Shown here: in pieces, positions 37,133-41,439 of the stretch
How the letters are laid out: every line of letters starts with the position of its first letter
How positions within the stretch are numbered: the first letter of the stretch is position 1
Assembly (NCBI GenBank): GCA_027491395.1
Contig: JAOZFI010000023.1
Coordinates: 1-41,439 of the forward strand
DNA length: 41,439 nucleotides
Reading direction: 5' to 3'
Source: Thermoproteota archaeon
Lineage (GTDB): Archaea > Korarchaeota > Korarchaeia > Korarchaeales > Korarchaeaceae
Program-made: the position numbers and the translations under genes
Notes under the pieces: generated by a model
Seen by the model: only the letters and a program-made list of their open reading frames with translations
Told to the model about the DNA's origin: nothing
Database searches by the model: none

Positions 37133-38098
37133 TTAAGGGGAGAGGTCCACCTCCCTACCCAGCCTCAACTCCTCAGCCCTCTTGTACACGAAGAACGCGG
37201 CCGCCACATCCAGTGCTGAGGTCCCTACCGATTTGTACAAGGTTATCTCATTAGATGAGGCTCTCCCGATCTTCAAGCCTGCTAGCACCTCACCCAGTTC
37301 CCCGACCACCCTGCTCCTCGGGATCAGTCCTCTCTCCAAGGGTATCTTGAGGTCACCAGCCTGGAGGGCGTCGGCCGTATCGACGACGATCCTATCGAAG
37401 GAGGTTATCGCCGTATCGTCAAGCTCCCTAGCGTCAGGCGTGTACGCACCGACCGCGCAGACATGGGTACCCCTAGCCAAGTCCCTACCGAGCAATACCG
37501 GCTTCTTCGACGTGGTGACCGTGGCTATTATGTCCGCATGCCTGTTCTCAGTGACAGCTTTCGCGTCCAGCCCTCTCTTCCTCAACCAGTCCGCTAGGGA
37601 CTCGGCTCTCGCCCTGTCGACATCCCTCACGAATACTCTTTTGATAGGCCTCACCTCCGGTATGAGGCGTGAGTGGGACCTGCCCTGCGTTCCGGCTCCG
37701 ATGATCAGGAGCGTCTCTGAATCCTCCCTTGCCATCACATCAGCGGAGAGGGCGCTGGCACCTCCGGTCCTGTACTCCGTGATCACGGTCCCATCCATCA
37801 GGGAGAGAGGGATTCCTGTCTCCGCATCTATCAGCAGGACGGAAGCTGGCACTGTAGGTAACCCTTTGCTCGGATTCTCGGGGAAGACGCCGACTATCTT
37901 CACCGCCACCGCGCCTAACTCCTCGGAGTACGCCGGCATGAAGCCTATCCATCCCCTAGGGAGATTGGTGGACGGCCTAGAGGGATACCATCCCTTGCCC
38001 GAGGATTTCTCAACGAGGGCTCTCTTGAGAGTGTACAGAAAACCCCTGATGTCGCTCTCTATAGCTTCCCTCACATCATCAGGTCGCAGGAGGAGCAT
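37133..38098 (-). CDS. Ornithine cyclodeaminase / mu-crystallin / archaeal alanine dehydrogenase family
   Basis: Motifs FMPAY, AVKIVGVFPENP, ITEYRTGG, IIGAGTQG and YKSVGTSALD. Confidence 0.88.
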   Translation of the reverse strand: MLLLRPDDVREAIESDIRGFLYTLKRALVEKSSGKGWYPSRPSTNLPRGWIGFMPAYSEELGAVAVKIVGVFPENPSKGLPTVPASVLLIDAETGIPLSLMDGTVITEYRTGGASALSADVMAREDSETLLIIGAGTQGRSHSRLIPEVRPIKRVFVRDVDRARAESLADWLRKRGLDAKAVTENRHADIIATVTTSKKPVLLGRDLARGTHVCAVGAYTPDARELDDTAITSFDRIVVDTADALQAGDLKIPLERGLIPRSRVVGELGEVLAGLKIGRASSNEITLYKSVGTSALDVAAAFFVYKRAEELRLGREVDLSP

Positions 38099-38193
38099 GG
38101 AAGACCCCTGATTTTAGGGCCGTCTCACTTATCCCGGTTCCCCTTCCGGTAGCGATTTAATCTTTGAACATACAATATTACAATGGTGTTTAG

Positions 38194-39828
38194 ATGTCGT
38201 TACCCTACAACAAGTTCGTCAGCGTTGAGGAGGCCCTCTCTCACGTCCCGGATGGATCGGTGGTAGCTATATCCGGTTTCAACATGGCCACAACTCCGGA
38301 ATACCTGATAATGAAGCTGTGGGAGAGATACAGGGACACGGGCCATCCCAAGGACCTCTTCATAATATCTGACACGCTCCCGGCCACCCCCAACAGGGCC
38401 CTCGACTTCGTGGCCAAGAGGGTTTACGAGGAGGAGGGTCAGGAGTTCATCAGGGGGATGCTCCTCCCATTCACTGGATGGGCACCCTATGTTCAGAAGT
38501 TGGCCATGGAGAACAGGGTAGAGCTCTATTCATGGTCCATAGGGATGGCCGCCTACTGGTTCAGGGAGGTGGCCTCGGGTAGGCCAGGTCTCCTGACTTC
38601 CATAGGCAGAGGGACCTTCCTCGATCCCAGGCAGGACGGTGGTGCGATGAACGATCTGGCTCGGGAGAGAAGGACCTGCCGCGTTTCCCTCATAGAGATA
38701 GATGGTGAGGAGTACCTGTTCTACGAAGCTCCAAAGCCTAACGTTTCCATGATCAGGGGAACTACGGCTGATGAGATGGGAAACATAACAATGGAGAAGG
38801 AGGGCATATTTGGGACCGTGCTGGCCATCGCTCAAGCTGCGAAGGCCCAGCCGAACCCGGGGATAGTGATCGCCCAAGTCGAGAGGGAGGCGAGGTTCGG
38901 CTCCCTGAACCCGAAGGATGTCCACATACCGGGACCCTTGGTGGACTTCTTGGTCGTGGCTCCTCCCCAGTACCACTGGCAGAGCGGGACCATCATGTAC
39001 GATCCCCGAATAAGCGGGACCATCATCCCACCGATAACTCCCAACCTGCTTCCAAAGATGGAGCTGAATGAGAGGAAGGTCGTCGCGAGAAGGATAGCTT
39101 TGGAGATGGTAAAGCTCGTGAACAAGAAAGGTGGCCCGATCCTCGTGAACCTGGGTATAGGCATCCCGGCCATGGTCACCAACGTCGCTGCTGAGGAGGG
39201 GATCTCAGATTACATCGTGACTACCATAGAGTCCGGACCTTGGGGCGGGCTGGCCCTGATGGGGGAGGACTTCGGTGTCTCCATAGGTCCCTTCGCCATA
39301 ATACCGATGCCAGACATGTTCACCAACTATGAGGGCGGAATAATAGACGCTGCTTCTCTGGGATTCATGCAGATAGACAAGGAGGGAAACGTCAACCCGT
39401 CTATGCTCCCCAACAGAATGCCCGGCCCGGGTGGTTTTACAGTGATAGCCGCCGGATCCCCGAGGGTTTTCTTCGGCGGAGGATTCACGGCCGGTAAGAA
39501 GAAGCTGAAGGTTGAGGAGGGGAAGCTTCGCATAGAGATGGACGGTAATGTGATCAAATTCGTTGATAACGTCTACAAGATAGTCTTCAACGGGAAGGTT
39601 GCCTTGGAGGAGGGCAAGGAGGTGCTCTACATAACGGAGAGAGCGGTGTTCAGGCTGACCGATAGAGGGCTGGTGCTCGAGGAGGTGGCGCCCGGCATTG
39701 ACTTGGATAGGGATCTGCTATCCAAGATGGAGTTCAAACCGGTAATAGCAGGCGATCTCAGGGAGATGGATCCGAGAATATTCAGGGAGGGTAAGATAGG
39801 GCTGAAAGACGAAATAAAGAGGGGATGA
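38194..39828 (+). CDS. Family I acyl-CoA:acetate/propionate CoA-transferase (fused alpha-beta, YdiF-like)
   Basis: Motifs GRGTFLDPR, RGTTADEMGN, NLGIGIP, IESG (catalytic Glu), YITERAVF and EVAPGIDL. Confidence 0.88.
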   Translation: MSLPYNKFVSVEEALSHVPDGSVVAISGFNMATTPEYLIMKLWERYRDTGHPKDLFIISDTLPATPNRALDFVAKRVYEEEGQEFIRGMLLPFTGWAPYVQKLAMENRVELYSWSIGMAAYWFREVASGRPGLLTSIGRGTFLDPRQDGGAMNDLARERRTCRVSLIEIDGEEYLFYEAPKPNVSMIRGTTADEMGNITMEKEGIFGTVLAIAQAAKAQPNPGIVIAQVEREARFGSLNPKDVHIPGPLVDFLVVAPPQYHWQSGTIMYDPRISGTIIPPITPNLLPKMELNERKVVARRIALEMVKLVNKKGGPILVNLGIGIPAMVTNVAAEEGISDYIVTTIESGPWGGLALMGEDFGVSIGPFAIIPMPDMFTNYEGGIIDAASLGFMQIDKEGNVNPSMLPNRMPGPGGFTVIAAGSPRVFFGGGFTAGKKKLKVEEGKLRIEMDGNVIKFVDNVYKIVFNGKVALEEGKEVLYITERAVFRLTDRGLVLEEVAPGIDLDRDLLSKMEFKPVIAGDLREMDPRIFREGKIGLKDEIKRG

Positions 39829-39837
39829 GTGGATGGT

Positions 39838-41439
39838 TTAAGGGAGCTCCCTCTTTAGCACTGGTGGGGGGGCTTCCCTTATCAACCTCGCGTCGAAACC
39901 TCTCCTTTTGAGTTCCTTAAGCAGCCCCTCCCTGCCAGTGTATATCGGTATGTCCTCCCTGTCCGCTAGACCCAAAGCGGCCGAAAGCTCCTCATCAGCT
40001 CCCTTCACGACTATCTTTCTCTTAGGGGCTTTCTCGACCTTTATAGCCCTGTCAACTATGAGCTTCTCTATAGAAGACATAAGGGCTTGGTCCTTGCTTA
40101 GCTTATTGAAGGTCTCCATGGGTATCAGTATCTCGTGGTCTTGGACTAGGTCGTCGAGTACACCCCTCCTCACTGCCCACTTCAGCGCCTCGTAATCCAT
40201 CACTATCCTCTTGACCCTTTCCCTCCTTCTCACCGCCAGCAGGAAGGGGATCAGTGCAAAGGGGATTAGTATCACCCACCACGGGATTGACGGGAGGGAC
40301 GGCAGTTCTATGCTGAAGGTGGGTGGTGGAGCAACCCCTCTCTGGGCGGGACTGAACTTCACCTCCACCTTGACGCTCTTCCCGTACTTGGGCAGGGAGA
40401 CCAGCACGCTACCGCTGGTAGACTCCTCATCAGCCGGCGATACCTCAAACATTACGGTGGCCGTGCCGCCCTTTGAAATTGAGACCTGCCATTCCAGCAC
40501 GTTTCCACTCACTTTGGGGGGTGAGGCCATTCCCCCTATTCTAGAGCTTCCCTGCACGTATCTGAGCGATGGGTCCAAATTCACCAGTATCTTGACGGAC
40601 CTCGCCCCGGTCGGGCTTGATACAGTTACCCTTATGCGGCTGTTACCTCCAGAGTTGCTAGCGGATGCCCTAAGGTCGACCACCTCGGGCGGCGGGGCCG
40701 GCGGTTTCGGTTGGGCGGGTTTAGACTTGGGCTTCACCGATATCAATACGCTATCAGATGAGGAGTCGGCCCTAGCTACCACGTTGAAGCTGCCGGATGT
40801 AGCCAGCAATTCAGCCCTGAAGCTGACCTCGACGGCCTTACCCGGATCCAAGGCCCCAATCTCCCACGTTAGCCTGTTATTCTCGTTATCTGGCTCCCTT
40901 CGGAGACCTCCGACCATGGAGGTGCCTTTCACGTAGTCCAAGCCGCTTGTGAGGTCTACTGTGAGGGAGAGATCCTTGGATGGACCATCCCCTATGTTGC
41001 TCACCCTGGCCACGAACGTGATGGGCGTTCCTGTCTCAGCTGATGTCGGTGTGGCCATCAGCTCGACCACCACCAAGGGAGGACTGGTTACCCCAGCCAC
41101 TCCAGATACCCCGTTTTCGCTCCCGCTCTGCGAAGTGGGGGTATTCCCTCTGGATCCTGATCCCGTTTCGGAGCTACCCTGCCCTCTATAAGAGTAGGAG
41201 ATTCCTTGGGATCCTAATGACACAAAGACTATTGGAGGGCTGGTTAGCCTGTAGTTATGCGTTTCTTCCCCATTACTCTGGGGGGCTTGGTCCTCTACGT
41301 CATTGTTCGGGGGTATCCAGCCGCACGGTGGCGGAGTTCTCCTGCGGGTAGACCCACCGATGTTACCACCACTGTCGGGAGGCGGTGGAGGCGGTGGGTC
41401 TCTCACGAGCACGGAGGCAGATGCCATGAAGGAATCGTT
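39838..41439 (-). CDS. C-terminal part of a large surface protein: DUF11-like Ig domains, Pro-rich linkers, one TM helix and a cytoplasmic PIN-like domain
   Basis: The frame is open to the window end. GTPITFVARVSNIG...L.SGLDYVKGTS...LTWEIGAL.PG recurs as LDPSLRYVQGSS...LEWQV; TM IPWWVILIPFALIPFLLAV-RRR; then a RIVMD...IYTG tail. Confidence 0.75.
   Translation of the reverse strand, partial: NDSFMASASVLVRDPPPPPPPDSGGNIGGSTRRRTPPPCGWIPPNNDVEDQAPQSNGEETHNYRLTSPPIVFVSLGSQGISYSYRGQGSSETGSGSRGNTPTSQSGSENGVSGVAGVTSPPLVVVELMATPTSAETGTPITFVARVSNIGDGPSKDLSLTVDLTSGLDYVKGTSMVGGLRREPDNENNRLTWEIGALDPGKAVEVSFRAELLATSGSFNVVARADSSSDSVLISVKPKSKPAQPKPPAPPPEVVDLRASASNSGGNSRIRVTVSSPTGARSVKILVNLDPSLRYVQGSSRIGGMASPPKVSGNVLEWQVSISKGGTATVMFEVSPADEESTSGSVLVSLPKYGKSVKVEVKFSPAQRGVAPPPTFSIELPSLPSIPWWVILIPFALIPFLLAVRRRERVKRIVMDYEALKWAVRRGVLDDLVQDHEILIPMETFNKLSKDQALMSSIEKLIVDRAIKVEKAPKRKIVVKGADEELSAALGLADREDIPIYTGREGLLKELKRRGFDARLIREAPPPVLKRELP

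Noticed and set aside
37182-38111. 309-aa + strand ORF
   Set aside because: Antisense shadow of the OCD-family gene; Ser/Thr-rich with no motifs.
40211-40936. 241-aa + strand ORF
   Set aside because: Antisense to the surface-protein gene with no recognisable features.
1-41439. CRISPR arrays, tRNA/rRNA genes, IS elements, integrases
   Set aside because: No regularly spaced repeats, cloverleafs or transposase/integrase motifs were seen by eye, and intergenic spaces are all under ~300 bp.

Overview
An archaeal chromosomal segment. Gene content, AGG/ATA codon use, GGTGA-type RBSs and TATA boxes fit a thermophilic anaerobe; a Korarchaeota-like TACK lineage is a plausible inference. About 37 CDS/pseudogenes are densely packed, and I recognised no rRNA, tRNA, CRISPR array or transposase. 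In order: a partial secreted protein; a rubrerythrin pseudogene; an arginine-deiminase-family enzyme; an AbiE-like HTH + nucleotidyltransferase pair; a putative polyamine/amine uptake-and-catabolism cluster (class III aminotransferase, tungsten-type AOR, PotABC, saccharopine-dehydrogenase-family enzyme, Tat-exported PotD/F); an S16 protease; CBS + polyferredoxin; a GT2; aroA'-aroD; an uppS operon with three divergent enzyme-like ORFs; NUDIX and Lrp; a Tad/T4P-like locus (Ig-repeat surface protein, membrane protein, secretion ATPase, TadC-like); a very short Smc (768 aa) with ScpA/ScpB followed by pyrD, a UPF0282 hydrolase and tmcA; a methyltransferase; an OCD-family enzyme; a CoA transferase; and a partial surface protein with a cytoplasmic degenerate PIN-like domain. 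Best leads: the AOR-linked polyamine catabolic cluster, the 'mini-condensin', the pilin-less Tad-like locus and the membrane-anchored PIN-like fusion. All calls come from motif recognition by eye; no searches were run.
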